64,000 bases of DNA from Leucoraja ocellata. Its lineage: Eukaryota. Location of the stretch: NCBI GenBank assembly GCA_036785375.1, contig JAWMAR010000406.1, positions 1,240,001 to 1,304,000 of the forward strand. Reading direction: 5' to 3'. Each line of letters opens with the position of its first letter. Position 1 is the first letter of the stretch. The position numbers and the translations under genes were made by a program. This document shows positions 52,386 through 64,000 of the stretch, in pieces. A model generated the notes under the pieces. That model was not told where the DNA came from. It saw only the letters and a list, made by a program, of their open reading frames with translations, and did no database searches.

Positions 52386-52735
52386 TATTTGAATTGAATT
52401 GAATTGAATACATTTTTTATCCAAGTTTGTATACATACAAGGAATTTGGTGCTTTGCTCGCAAGGATAACAACACAATATTCAGTAGACAATTAAAACTA
52501 AAACATTATAATTTAAACATGTGAAGAATAAAATAAAATACCAGAGCAAAAGGAGGCTACCGACTTTTGGCTGTTGAGTAGAGCTACGGCTCGTGGAAAA
52601 AAAGCTGTTAATATGTCTGGCTGTGGCGGCTTTGACAGTCCGGAGGTGCCTCCCAGAAGGAAGTGGTTCAAAGAGTTTGTGGCCAGGGTCAGAGATGATC
52701 TTACCCGCTCGCTTCCTGGCCCTTGCAGTGTTACA
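52386..52735 (-). mobile_element. Rex1/Babar-like LINE 3' end
   Basis: Encodes RARKRAGKIISDPGHKLFEPLPSGR..SFFPRAVALLNS, with a (TTCAA)n tail. Confidence 0.85.
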
Positions 52736-53438
52736 GGTGTCCACATACTTTGCAAATAACAGGAGGGACATGAGAACAACAGTTTTGTCATTCGATTAAA
52801 TCAAGTTTGATCTGAAGCCGAACTCCGTGCAATTAAGTTATCAATCCGATAATTTAATTCTGCTTCTCTTTCCACAATGGTGAATATCTCCAGCATCTTC
52901 TGTTTTTATTTCATTCACTCAACTAGGTTGCATATCCTTTTGCATCCCTGTCGTCTAAGAACAGGTTAACCTCAGTTTTAAGGTTCTCACTACCCATCGG
53001 TGTGATGAAGAGCTTCCTAACAATGTCACTCTAATTTTAAAAAGCATGCTGATTTCTGCCTGCCGCTCTTCCCCACCATGGTACACATAAATTCTTACCA
53101 AGTAAATCTTTCAATCATCTTAAAATACCTCATGCAAAAAAACCCCAGAAGTGCATCGATACCCTGCATAAGGTTATACCGCAGAGCACTGATTCAGACT
53201 AACAGTCTATGACCACTAGTCCAAATGATTACAGTTACGATCTCCACTGTACTTTATAAAAGTCTTGCTCAGGTTGCATACTCTAATGCTAGGTAGTTGA
53301 TGCAAGTCCCTGCTGTGTGTCGGTGCTCCCCCACCAAAGAACTTCTCCAAGACTGACTCTGGAGAGATTGATTTGAATCTAAACACAATATGCTGGAATA
53401 ACTCAGCGGGACAGGCAGCATCTCTGGATAGAAGGAAT

Positions 53439-53475
53439 GGGTGACGTTTCGGGTCGAGGCCCTTCTTCAGACTGA
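53439..53475 (-). ncRNA. Minimal hammerhead ribozyme core, sense to DISP3 pre-mRNA
   Basis: The minus strand reads tcagtCTGAAGAagggcctcgacccGAAACGTCaccc, with both core boxes and the GUC triplet intact. Confidence 0.6.
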
Positions 53476-53997
53476 GAGCCAGGGGAGAGGGAGACACAGA
53501 GAAGGAGAACATCTCCCTCTCCTCTGACTCTCAGAATGAAGAAGGGTCTCGATTAAAAAAGTCACCCATTCCTTCTATCCAGAGATGCTGCCTGTCCCGC
53601 TGAGTTACTCCAGCATTTTGTGTCTATCTTCGGTGTAAACCAGCATCTGCAGTTCCTTTCTACACGTTTCCGCTTGCCCTGGAAGCTGCCAGATGTTGGA
53701 GGAGTTGAACAAGTAGTGTGGTTGCTCAGGGCTGAATGAGGGCCCTTATTGGGCACTGCCAGCACCTGATCTGTGCATTGATGGAACACACAGATCCTAA
53801 GGTCTCTCTCATCATCTCCCGTTGGAGGAGATGGAAATAGTTCTGGGCTAGGGAGAGCAAAGCAACAAAAAAGGGAGAGACAGCAACTTCCATTATATCC
53901 AACAGAGTAAGTGATTCAGCCCCTTAAATTTGGTCCACTATCTATTGAAGATGCCGCAGTAACGCAATGAGTCTGCAGCTCTGGAGAACATGGATAG

Positions 53998-54352
53998 TTA
54001 ACAATATCATGAGAGACCCCTTCCACCCCTGCAACGGACTGTTCCAGCTGCTACGGTCAGGCAAACACCTCCGTTGCCATGCGGTGAGAACGGAGAGGTT
54101 GAGAAGGAGTTTCTTCCCAGAGGCCATTCGGACTGTAAACGCCGATATCACCAGGGGCTAACTCTACTGAACGTTTTTCCTTCCATTATTTATTATGTAA
54201 AAGAATATGTGTGTTATGATTGTGTTTATAGTTTGTTTGGTTGTTTGGTTGTTTGTCTTTTGCACAAAAGTCCGCGAGCATTGCCACTTTCATTTCACTG
54301 CACATCTCATATGTGTATGTGACAAATAAACTTGACTTGACTTGACTTGACT
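53998..54352 (+). mobile_element. Rex1/Babar-like LINE 3' end inserted in a Penelope pLTR
   Basis: Encodes IMRDPFHPCNGLFQLLRSGK..RTERLRRSFFPEAIR, with a (CTTGA)n tail. The flanks rejoin as catggatag..tgatgtttcgg. Confidence 0.85.
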
Positions 54353-54610
54353 AGATGATGTTTCGGCTCAGGACTCTTCTTCAGGACTCAAATCTTCTTT
54401 GGTAAACCAGCATCTTCACTTCCTTGTTATTGCATTACACCTTCTATTAAGTTCAGGACTGATCCCGATTTTAATTATTTACCTACCTGACTTTCATTGT
54501 ACCATTCGGGAATCAAATTGGGTAAAGGGAGTTAAAATGAAGATGTTAATTTTTCCAGGCTTAAGGTAATAAATGACAAAATGAGACTTTTGTCCTATCT
54601 TTCCACTTAC

Positions 54611-54792
54611 TGAGTGTGGTGTTGCTCCTTTGCTGATGCATAGAAATGAAAATCAAACTTCCACCCTTTCCTAACGTTGCAGGATAATGTTGTGATCATC
54701 CACTTTCTCGGACACTTGGGACTTGGCAACCCAACAGTTGATGAGCACACGGTCAGCTTCTTTGTGAAGTTGCCATTTGGCACCGTGTACAC
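54611..54792 (-). CDS. DISP3: DISP3 coding exon
   Basis: Encodes VYTVPNGNFTKKLTVCSSTVGL..RKWMITTLSC..KGWKFDFHFYASAKEQHHT. Sites are ccaag|GTG and CA|gtaagt; 182 bp, phase 0 to 2. Confidence 0.93.
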
Positions 54793-55337
54793 CTTGGAAG
54801 TGGAAAGAGAGTTAAGTTTAGTTTAGCTTAGAAACACCGCATGGGATCAGGCCCTTCGGCCCAACGAGTCTGCACTGACCACATCCCTGCACGTCTGGGC
54901 CGGTGACGGGTGATCTCTGTACTGAGTTTTTTTGCCATTCTCTACATGACCGCGTGGGTTTTCTCCCAGAGCTCCGGTTTCCTCCCATGCTCCAAAGGCG
55001 AACAGGATTGCAGGTTATTTGATTTTGGTAAAAATTGCAAATTATCCCTAGTGTGTGTGGGATAGGGATAGGGCTAGTGTACGGGGGTCACTGTTTGGCT
55101 TGGACCTGGTGGGCCTGAGGAAGTTTAAAAGATTTAAACTTGACAAAAATCGATTCAGCTAAAACTACGACAGGCTGTTACCTTTCTTACAAGGCTCTTA
55201 CAAGGCTAACAAGATGTTCATGTTCATTTTCCCCATATACACAAGCGAGATAACAAGTACAACTTCATGAATGTCTCCTCTATAATATAAACATTAAGAG
55301 GATAGTCAAACTCTCAGCTCCTACCCATGCTCTATAA

Positions 55338-56378
55338 GTAGCAATGTTACAACATTTTGAGATTTAAAAAATCAAGTCTGCAATTTATCCCATCAGATAA
55401 AGCATAACAATAAGTTTAATTTGACACCTAATTCACTTTCATATATCAAGTAATAAAAAAGTTATGGCCATTTGCATACTCGGAAATTAGCATCTGGTTC
55501 CCTATTGATTTTCTATGGACATAACAAAAAAGCTGTGATCGAGGACAGTCAAAAGCCCATAACCTTCTTAAAAATTAAGAGAACTGAATGAAATTTTCAG
55601 TTATCATAGATTGAACCATTCTGAAACAAATATAAAATAATCTTACTTGGAGGACCTGAAATTAAAGCATATAATTAGTTAGTTACCCAATTGTAGCTAA
55701 TTTCAAACTTCAATTACTAGATCTAAACATCTATCCATTTCTTAATAAATGATTAACATTTTTAAATAGCCTAAGTGTCCAAATAATATTCACAAATAAT
55801 TCACGATAAAACATGATTTTTAAATCTCAATTACATCAATTTATAGGCCAAATGGAAGGAATTTAGTGTTCAATTGCTGTAAATTAAAGTCAATTTAAAT
55901 CGGCTTTCTAGTGGGTTCCTGTGAACGCGCTGGTTTAGAACGTTCACATTGCAGTGGATTTGTGCCCCCAAATGCCCAGAAAAACACTGCGGGATATAAA
56001 GAGCCCAAAATGAACTATTCGCTATAGAAAACTTTATATACAGGGTTCTTAAGAAGCCCCTTTTAATGTAAAAATAAGGTACATACCTTTAATTGTTTGC
56101 TTTATAAAACCCTGGGGCTGCGAGAGGTCACGGGTTTAGAGAGTGGATTTTAAACTACTATAACTATTATACAAGGCCATAAAAACTAATAATACCTTTT
56201 GCGGCGGGGTCTTTCAGCGATTTTCCGTTAATGATTTACTAGGCTGAACATTTTCGATTGCAACAGCCTAGTAAAAATCGCGTTTTAAACCCGCCCCCTC
56301 TAAACAGCGCCAAAATCACACACAAGGGGTGGGGCAGATTCTCAGACACGATTCAGGTAGGTTTTGTAACATACCTAC
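55338..56378. mobile_element. Non-autonomous DNA transposon (~1.04 kb), superfamily unclear
   Basis: The ends GTAGCAATGTTACAA and TTGTAACATACCTAC are imperfect inverted repeats. TATAA flanks both sides (55333-55337 and 56379-56383). There is no ORF. Confidence 0.75.
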
Positions 56379-56752
56379 TATAAGATTATAATGTGCATCA
56401 TTAGTTAAAAAAAACCAAAATGCTTTTTCCGCAGAAAAATAGCCTTCTCATATATGGCGAACCCTTCCTCTCTCGGAAGAACCTGTCAATCTTAAGAAGC
56501 TGTCAATCCCCTGTCAGGGGATATGGGGAGAAGGCAGGAATGGGGTACTGATTGGGGATGATCAGCCATGATCTCATTGAATGGCGGTGCTGGCTCGAAG
56601 GGCCGAAGGGTCTACTCCTGCACCTATTTTCTAATGTCTAAAAAGAGACACATTTCCAGCTGAAGGCATGCTCTAATGAGACTCTCTTCTTCTTGCAGTC
56701 ACTGACAAGAGATAATTTTAATGGATTTGTAATCCCTTTGGCAAGAACTTAC

Positions 56753-56889
56753 TTTAAATGATGGGATCTCCCCATTCCTCAGCGACAGGAGGTGCCATGG
56801 TGACGGAACTGAGGGATGCAGAGAAAACCTGTAAATTGGGGTTTGCACGTCATCTTCGTACTTTGTCACATACACCGTCCATAGATCAT
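56753..56889 (-). CDS. DISP3: DISP3 coding exon
   Basis: Encodes DLWTVYVTKYEDDVQTPIYRFSLHPSVPSPWHLLSLRNGEIPSFK. Sites are ccccag|AT and AAA|gtaagt; 137 bp, phase 1 to 0. Confidence 0.9.
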
Positions 56890-59425
56890 CTGGGGAAAAT
56901 AACAATCACAATGAGATAAAAAGGAAAACTTATTCCCAGTTAAAAGCAATGGATCAGAATGAAACATTTATTTTCAATTTCTCTGCTGTCCTGCTTTCAT
57001 CGAACTTCTACACCATCCCTCATTGCTAGTTTAGTTTGTTTGGTTTAGATTAGTTTAGAGATACAGTGCGGAAACGGGCCCTTTGGCCCACCGAGTGCGC
57101 GCTGAGCGGCGATTCCCGCGCATTAACGCTATCGTTCCCACACTAGGGGCAATTTACATTTATACCAAACTAATGGCACCTGTAGTCAGGATTGAACCCG
57201 AGTCTCCAGCGCTGTAAGCACTGTAAGACAGCAACTCTACCGCTGTGCTACCGTGCCGCCCAGCCGCAAGTGTTTGGAGATTAATTTCTATAAGCGGGTC
57301 GTGACTGAATCACAATGTGGCGGATTTGGTAGAAAGAAGCCAAAGAGGGGGGCTTCCCTGGGTTAGAGCGGCTCGTCCATGTAAGGGGTGCCTGTGCACA
57401 TGTGGAGCATTTGCCCGCATGTGGTGGTTTTGTCCAGGCAAAGAAGGTGTGCCCTCAGATAGAAGAGTTTTTGCTAAGGAGGTGTGATGACCTGTTCATG
57501 TGATGTCTATGTCTAGCACACTTCATGAAACCTTGTTAGATTGACACAAAATGCTGGAGTAACTCATCGGGCCGGGCATCATCTTTGGAGAAAATTGGTC
57601 GGTGACATTTCGGGTCGGGACACTTCTTCAGGTCGATCGTAGTAAGGGGAGTGGGGATAAAACTGGAAGCGGGAAAAACGGAGGACAAATCAGGTCTGGC
57701 AACAGATGACCACAGGCAAGGAGGTTCCCTGATAGGCGGATTGTTGGATCGAGACAGGTGTGAGGCCGATCGTTCTGAATTTTAGAGCTAGTTAATGTGC
57801 CTTTAATGGAGGTACCTTGTTCCCTGTGTAGGACTCCTGTTGGTTCACTGTGGTGAAAACTAAATCACATTCGCTTTTGAGCCCCCAATACACCTGAAAC
57901 AACTAGGTGTTTGTAGTACGGGGCCAGGGTGTAAGCAAACATGGTTAGTTTTGTCTCTTATCCTCAGCACTCCACTCCATGGTATTCTCTGCCCAAGACA
58001 TTTTGGTGCGTCGGTTAGATTCCAATTCCTCAACCTCCTGCTGTCCAGTCCCTGACCTCTCTCAGACACCAACCTTCCATTGTTTAACCAGCAATACCCG
58101 AGCAATGTGATTGTCACCACATTTCCGAACAACGGAGGCTATACAGCCCATCGAGTACATGCCGGTATTCAGCGTAATCGTGTGAATCTGATACCCTTGC
58201 TTACTGCCTTTTAACCTATTCTCTCTCACCAATTGATTTGCAATTTGCAGAGGTCAAGTAACCGACAAACCTGCACATCTTTGGGCTGTGGGAGAGAACA
58301 GGAGCACCTGGAGGAACCCACGCAGTCTTTGAGTTTAGAGATACAACGCAGAAACAGGCCTTACGGTCCACCGAGACCTCACCAACCAGCAATCCCCATA
58401 CACTAGCCCTATCCAACACTATTAGGTTGGAGCGGGACAATTTACAATTCTTACCAAAACCAATTAACCAACAAACTTGTATGTCTTTGGAATGTGGGAG
58501 GAATGGTTTCCTGTGGGAGGAATTAGCTCCCAGACAAAACCCACACGGTCACAGGGAGAATGTGCAAACTCCACACAGGCAGCACCTAAGGTCAGGATCA
58601 AATCTAGCTTGCTGGAGTTCTACAGTTGCAGTTCTACAAGCAGCACCACTGCTCCCCCCCCCTCCCCGGAAACTCCCCGTGTAGATGATTGCCAACCCTA
58701 GCTCCAAATAAACTTACAACGCCTGACAATCCACCCTCTGCCCGTAAAAACGTCACCCTCTCTGAAACGGTGCAACACCCACTCAGCCGGCCAACAGACA
58801 TCCTTGAGTTCATGAGCAAAATGGTCAAAGACACACACAAAGACAGCAGGGTAGCACAGCGGTAGAGCTGGCTTACAGCACCAGGGACCCGGGTTCAATC
58901 CTGATTACAAGTGCTTGTCTGTACGGAGTTTGCACATTCTCCCCGTGACCTGCGTGATCTCCAAGACCAACATTCCAAGGACGTAAATGTAAAATTGTTC
59001 CGAGTGTGTGTAGGGGAGTGTTAATGTGTGGGGATCGGTGGTCGGTGTGGACTCGCTGGGCCGAAGGGCCTGTTTCCTCGCTGTATCTCTAAATGAAACG
59101 ATTGTGATTAGATTGCAGAGCCTTCAGCACAGAGTACAATGTAAAGGCCACAATCTCTTCAGACCAATTTCTACTGGTGATTAGTCTGATACCCTCATAG
59201 AATGGGCTGATGGAAGAGGGGGTGGGAAGACAAACTGTGCATGAAGGAACCGCAGATGCTGGTTTATACCGAAGACAGGCACAAAATGCTGGAGTAACTC
59301 GGCAGGTCAGGCAGCATCTCTGGAGAAAAGGAATGGGTGACGTTCTGGGTCAAAATCCTTCTTCAAGGTGGGAAGGTGCTGATTACAAATTAAAAATAAA
59401 AGTTGTGTTTGACCAATGTTCATAC

Positions 59426-59533
59426 CTTGTGCTGGATTTGCTTCATTCCATGGGAGTCTCTGTCCTCGTTTTTTCTTGCCTGAGGATGCTCGGATATTAT
59501 TTAGCAGAGGCTGGGGTTTCTCCTGAAACAGAC
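59426..59533 (-). CDS. DISP3: DISP3 coding exon (most 5' one found in window)
   Basis: Encodes GLFQEKPQPLLNNIRASSGKKKRGQRLPWNEANPAQ. Sites are cattag|GT and G|gtatga; 108 bp, phase 1 to 1. Confidence 0.9.
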
Positions 59534-59825
59534 CTAATGCATAAGAGTGCGGCATTAGTCAACCAAAACTGTGCTGACAGTTGTTAAATCATGTCATTAC
59601 AGATTTTCGCTGCAAACATTCACCCACCATAAGGAAATGAACCGAGCACTGGAATTAAAAGCATCAGAACAGCATTGCTCAGAGTCTATGGATCTGAAGG
59701 AGATATCTCGTCTTCAGACCAACCTCTTCAAACAAAAGTCAAACAAAATAGACCTTTCAGTTAAGGATGCTGCAGGGATAAGTGCAGATTTTGTAACTTC
59801 AGGGCAAAAACTCTCCCACTGCTGC

Positions 59826-60140
59826 CTCTTGCCCAGAGTAGGTGAATCGAGGACCAGAGGACATAGGTTTAAGGTGAAGGGGAAAAGATTTAATATGAAT
59901 CTGAGGGGTAACTTTTTCATGCAAAGGGTGGTGGGTGTATGGAACAAACTGCCAGAGGAGGTAGTTGAGGCAGGGACTATCCCAACATTTAAGAAACAGT
60001 TAGACAAAACCTGGATAGGACAGGTTTGGAGGGAATTGGACCAAATGCGGGCAGGTGGGACTAGTGTAGCTGGGACATGTTGGCTGGTGTGGGCAAGTTG
60101 GGCCGAAGGGCCTGTTGCCCACACTCTATGTTACCTTCTA
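59826..60140 (+). mobile_element. HER1-like LINE 3' end
   Basis: Encodes LLPRVGESRTRGHRFKVKG..GNFFMQRVVGVWNKLPEEVVEAGTIPTFKKQLD. Confidence 0.88.
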
Positions 60141-60567
60141 TGAGTTGCTATCAACAAATCCAAAGCAGTAATGGAGGTCTGGGCATTACACCGAGTTTAA
60201 TTCCCTGTCTATTCCCAGCTTTATTTTCATTATTTCATTTTCAAATATTTATACAATATTTATATTGATACCATTTATTTATATTATGCAATATTTAAAT
60301 ATGTATGACATCATGTACAATAACAGAATAAACACATTTGGTTATGCAATTATTGTATGTTAATTTTCTTTGTCACTATTCAGGTTTTGCACTACAATCA
60401 CTCTTGCACCATCCGTGTTGTTGTAATTAAAGTTGTCATTATCATTAGTATATGTATACTGTTTACACTGTGAGCTTCAGATGAATAAGGAATTTCATTG
60501 CATCCTGGTGAATATGACATTAAACAACCTAATCTAATTTTCTTTCAGTAGCTTGCTTTTCCTTTTA

Positions 60568-60883
60568 GGGCAGCATGGTGGCTCAGTGGTAGAGTTGCTG
60601 CCTTACAGCGCTTGCAGCGCCGGAGACCCGGGTTCGATCCCGACTACGGGTGCTATCTGTACGGAGTTTGTATGTTCTCCCCGTGACCACGTGGGTTTTC
60701 TCCGAGATCTTCAGTTTTCTCCCACATTCCAAAGACGTACAGGTTTGTAGGTTAATCGGTTTGGTATAAATGTAAATTGTCCTTGGTGTGTGTAGCATTG
60801 TGCGGGGATCGCTGGTCGGTGCGGACACGATGGGCCGAAGGGCCTGTTCCCGCGCTGTATCTCCAAAGTAAAACTAAACTAAA
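60568..60883 (+). mobile_element. HE1-like V-SINE, near full length
   Basis: A box, B box (ggttcgatccc), V core and (aaact)n tail. Confidence 0.88.
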
Positions 60884-62947
60884 CCAGCTGTTATGTGTTC
60901 TTGGTTTCACCATTCCGACCACCAGCCGAGCAAGCCTTCATGCGGAAAAATATTCTCCTTTTATTTGTTTGATGATAATTTTAACCCTTGGTCTCGTGCC
61001 TTTGATCACTGCAAATGGATACACCTGAGTTTCTATTGTCAATTACAGAAGGAATCTATCTAACAATATCCAGGAACAGTGATATCATGGCTTGAAACCT
61101 CATAAAACATTTGTCTGCAAATAATAAAACTTATACATTTATACAGGAAAATCATTGCTACACTGTTCAGGATTATACTGCAATTTTAGTAGCATTAAAA
61201 ATGATATGACTTAAAGTATATGAGAAAGTAAAATGATCAAGGTTGTTCAATACTGCCTTATGCATAAAGATGTAACTGTAAGATGTAACTGTAAGCAGTG
61301 AAAAATGCCATCAAAGCTATAAGAGTTTATTTTAGACCACCTTGTTTTATAGCTAGAAAAGTTAAGGGAAGGAAACTGTCCATATGTGTGTGTGATGTTG
61401 CTGGTACATTATGGCAAGAGGAAATTTCCCATTCTGGAATCGTGTCAGTTACATGCCCCTGGTGTAAAGCAGACTGTGAAGCATCACTAAATATTAGCGC
61501 ACACAATAATAACAGGTCATTATAACAAGCATCTCTTTTCCCAGCACCCCATTGGAGTCTGAAGAAGTGTCTCGATCCGAAACATCACCCGTTCCCTCTC
61601 TCCGGAGACGCTGCCTGTTAATCCAGTTTTTTGTGTCCACCCTATTATAATAGATACACTCCAGCACAGTCCATGCTTGTCTCATCTTTGAAATATTGGT
61701 TAAATAGTTTGTTTATTTATTGTCACATGTACAGATACAGTGAAATGCTTGTAGAATCGTCGCATACATGAGTACATTAGAATCTGCCTCAGAGGGTGGT
61801 GGAGGCTGGTTCTCTGGATGCTTTCAAGAGAGTTAGATAGAGCTCTTAGGGATAGCGGAGTTAAGGGATATGGAGAGAAGGCAGGAGCGGGGCACTGATT
61901 GTGGATGATCAGCCATGATCACATTGAATGGCGGTGCTGGCTCGAAGGGCCGAATGACCTACTCCTGCACCTATTGTCTATAATCTCTTCTGGAACAGCG
62001 CACAGAATGGTGCAATCTTGCAACTTTCAAGTCTTTGAAAAGTCTGATCCAGGCAAGGACAATTTCTTATTTGCTCACTTTAAGGTGCTCCAGTGCCACA
62101 ATTTACCTTCTTTAAGTAACAGTCACTGGGAAAATGCCAATTTCAGAATTACATAATTTTTTTTCATTCCTCATCAACTGCACTGATTAAAAAGTCAGAT
62201 GTTCCTATCTTACTTCTGCGTAGAATTATACAGCACTAAGACATCCCAGGAAGGAAATCTACTATCTTTGACCAATCCAGCAATAAATGCAAATCCAGAC
62301 AGTGGACATCTCCATCCAGAAAGAGTTCAACCATCTACCACTGGTACTCATTGCTATGACTGTGTTCCCACCCATCAACATCCTGGGGGTTCTGTACACC
62401 ATCCACGATAAATAGCTCACTTGATTGATCATCCGACCACCACCATAACCATTCATTCCCTTCACCACTGCTGCAGGATGGCTGCAGTGTGTATCATCTG
62501 TAGAATGCACTGTGTTCTGATAGTGCCTTCCAAACCAGAGACCTTTACCATGAAAGAGGACATGGACAGCAGATACAGGGGAATACCGCCACCTCCGGGT
62601 TTCATTCTAAATTACACTACATTCTGACTTAGATCATAAGCAATAGGAGCGGAATTAGGCTATTCGGCCCCAAGTCTACTCTGCAATTAAATCATGGCTG
62701 ATCTATCCCTCCTAACCCCATTATCTTGCCTTTCCCCGTACTAATCAAGAATCTATCTATCTCTGACTTGGAGATGATGCACATTCTGTATTAAAAAAAA
62801 CTCCTTTCTCAAACAAAGGAGACCAAAATTGAATATAATATTCAAGGTGTGGTCTCACCAAGATCCTGTACAATTGCAGTAAGGTATTTCTGCTACTATA
62901 CACAATTTATGTAACATTTGCCATAGTAATCACTTGCATTCTACATA

Positions 62948-63285
62948 TGGTCATAAGGCCATAAGTAATATAAGCAGAATTTGGCCATTCGGCCCATCAA
63001 GAATACTCTGCCATTCAATCATGATTGATCTATCTTTCCCTCCTAACCCCATTCTCCTGCCTTCTCCCCATAACCCCTGACACCGGTACTAATCACGAAT
63101 CTATCTGTCTCTGCCGTAAAAATATCCATTGACTTGGCCTCCACAGCCTTCTGTGGCAATGAATTCCGTGGATTCACTGCCCTCTGACTAAAGAAATTCC
63201 TCCTCATCTCCTTCTTAGAGGAATGTCCTTTAATTCTGAGACTGTGACCTCTAGTCCTAGATGCTCCCACTAGTGGAAACATCTT
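62948..63285 (-). mobile_element. HER1-like LINE 3' end
   Basis: Encodes MFPLVGASRTRGHSLRIKG..RRNFFSQR..GYGEKAGEWG. Confidence 0.85.
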
Positions 63286-64000
63286 ATTATCATTCACTCA
63301 TGTACAAATGCACCGGGTCCAATGATACATCGTCTTTGCTTAATTTATCGCCATTTGGATAAGAATGTCTTTCTGTTATTGTCAGCAAAATGCCACTTTA
63401 ATTCACATTGTAGTGCATCTGCCACTCCCTCAACATGGCCAAATCAAGCTGGAGTCTTTCTTCATGTTCCACTTTGTTCACTCTCCCACCCAGATTTGTG
63501 CCAGGGTGTTGAACATGTTTTTTTTTTTGTCTGTAATTTCTCCAATTCCACTCCCAGTTTGCTGGCGAATAGCCTGTGAAATGCTCAGGGGTGTAACCTT
63601 TTTGAGATTGTGTATGTCGGAGGGAGGAACAGGAAGAGATTGAACGCCCATCGTATAGTCATTCAATTAGATCAAGACTGATTTAATCTGGCCTCAGCCG
63701 GCTCCACTTTCTGGTCTGGCTCCCATAACTATCAAATCTCTGGATATTTATGGGGACATTAGAATTTGCTTTGAAATTTAGAATTGATTGTTAACCTGCA
63801 GAGCAAATATAAAATCTAATTAGTAGAGCCATCTAGTTACCCCGTGCATGTAACAAAACTGGTTCTGTTGTACCTTGTAGTAATTAAAACATATTTTTAT
63901 AAATCAACACATTTTTGAGATCCACAATATTCACGAGTCTGCCTATGGGGCACGAGGGTCAGCAAGTACAGCTTCTTTTGTGATAGTTGCTAACTAGCTC

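Noticed and set aside
59534-64000. Next upstream DISP3 exon
   Set aside because: No segment encoding the expected upstream peptide with proper splice sites was found. It is probably beyond the window.

Overview
This is repeat-rich vertebrate genomic DNA. It is most likely from a cartilaginous fish (skate/ray); that is inferred from HE1-like V-SINEs and HER1/CR1 LINE tails. Bases 1-3475 are the 3' portion of a DIRS1-type tyrosine-recombinase retrotransposon: gag tail, a disabled RT-RNaseH-methyltransferase pol ORF, an intact YR ORF and the ICR/right-end inverted repeat. Bases 30753-59533 (minus strand) hold the last 11 coding exons of DISP3/PTCHD2. I could splice these by hand into one open frame of about 607 codons, and one intron uses a GC-AG donor. 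The rest is mostly Rex1/Babar, CR1/HER1 and Penelope-like fragments, SINEs and two non-autonomous DNA transposons. Four things stand out. (i) An in-frame splice donor/acceptor pair would excise the whole DIRS pol region and put the pol ATG onto the recombinase. (ii) Many Penelope-derived minimal hammerhead-ribozyme cores occur, several in the sense of the DISP3 pre-mRNA. (iii) DISP3 has a 3-residue duplication in a conserved TM helix. (iv) A possible unannotated spliced minus-strand transcript lies at about 7.7-20.6 kb. Repeat boundaries are by eye and approximate. Family names come from motif recall, not database searches.
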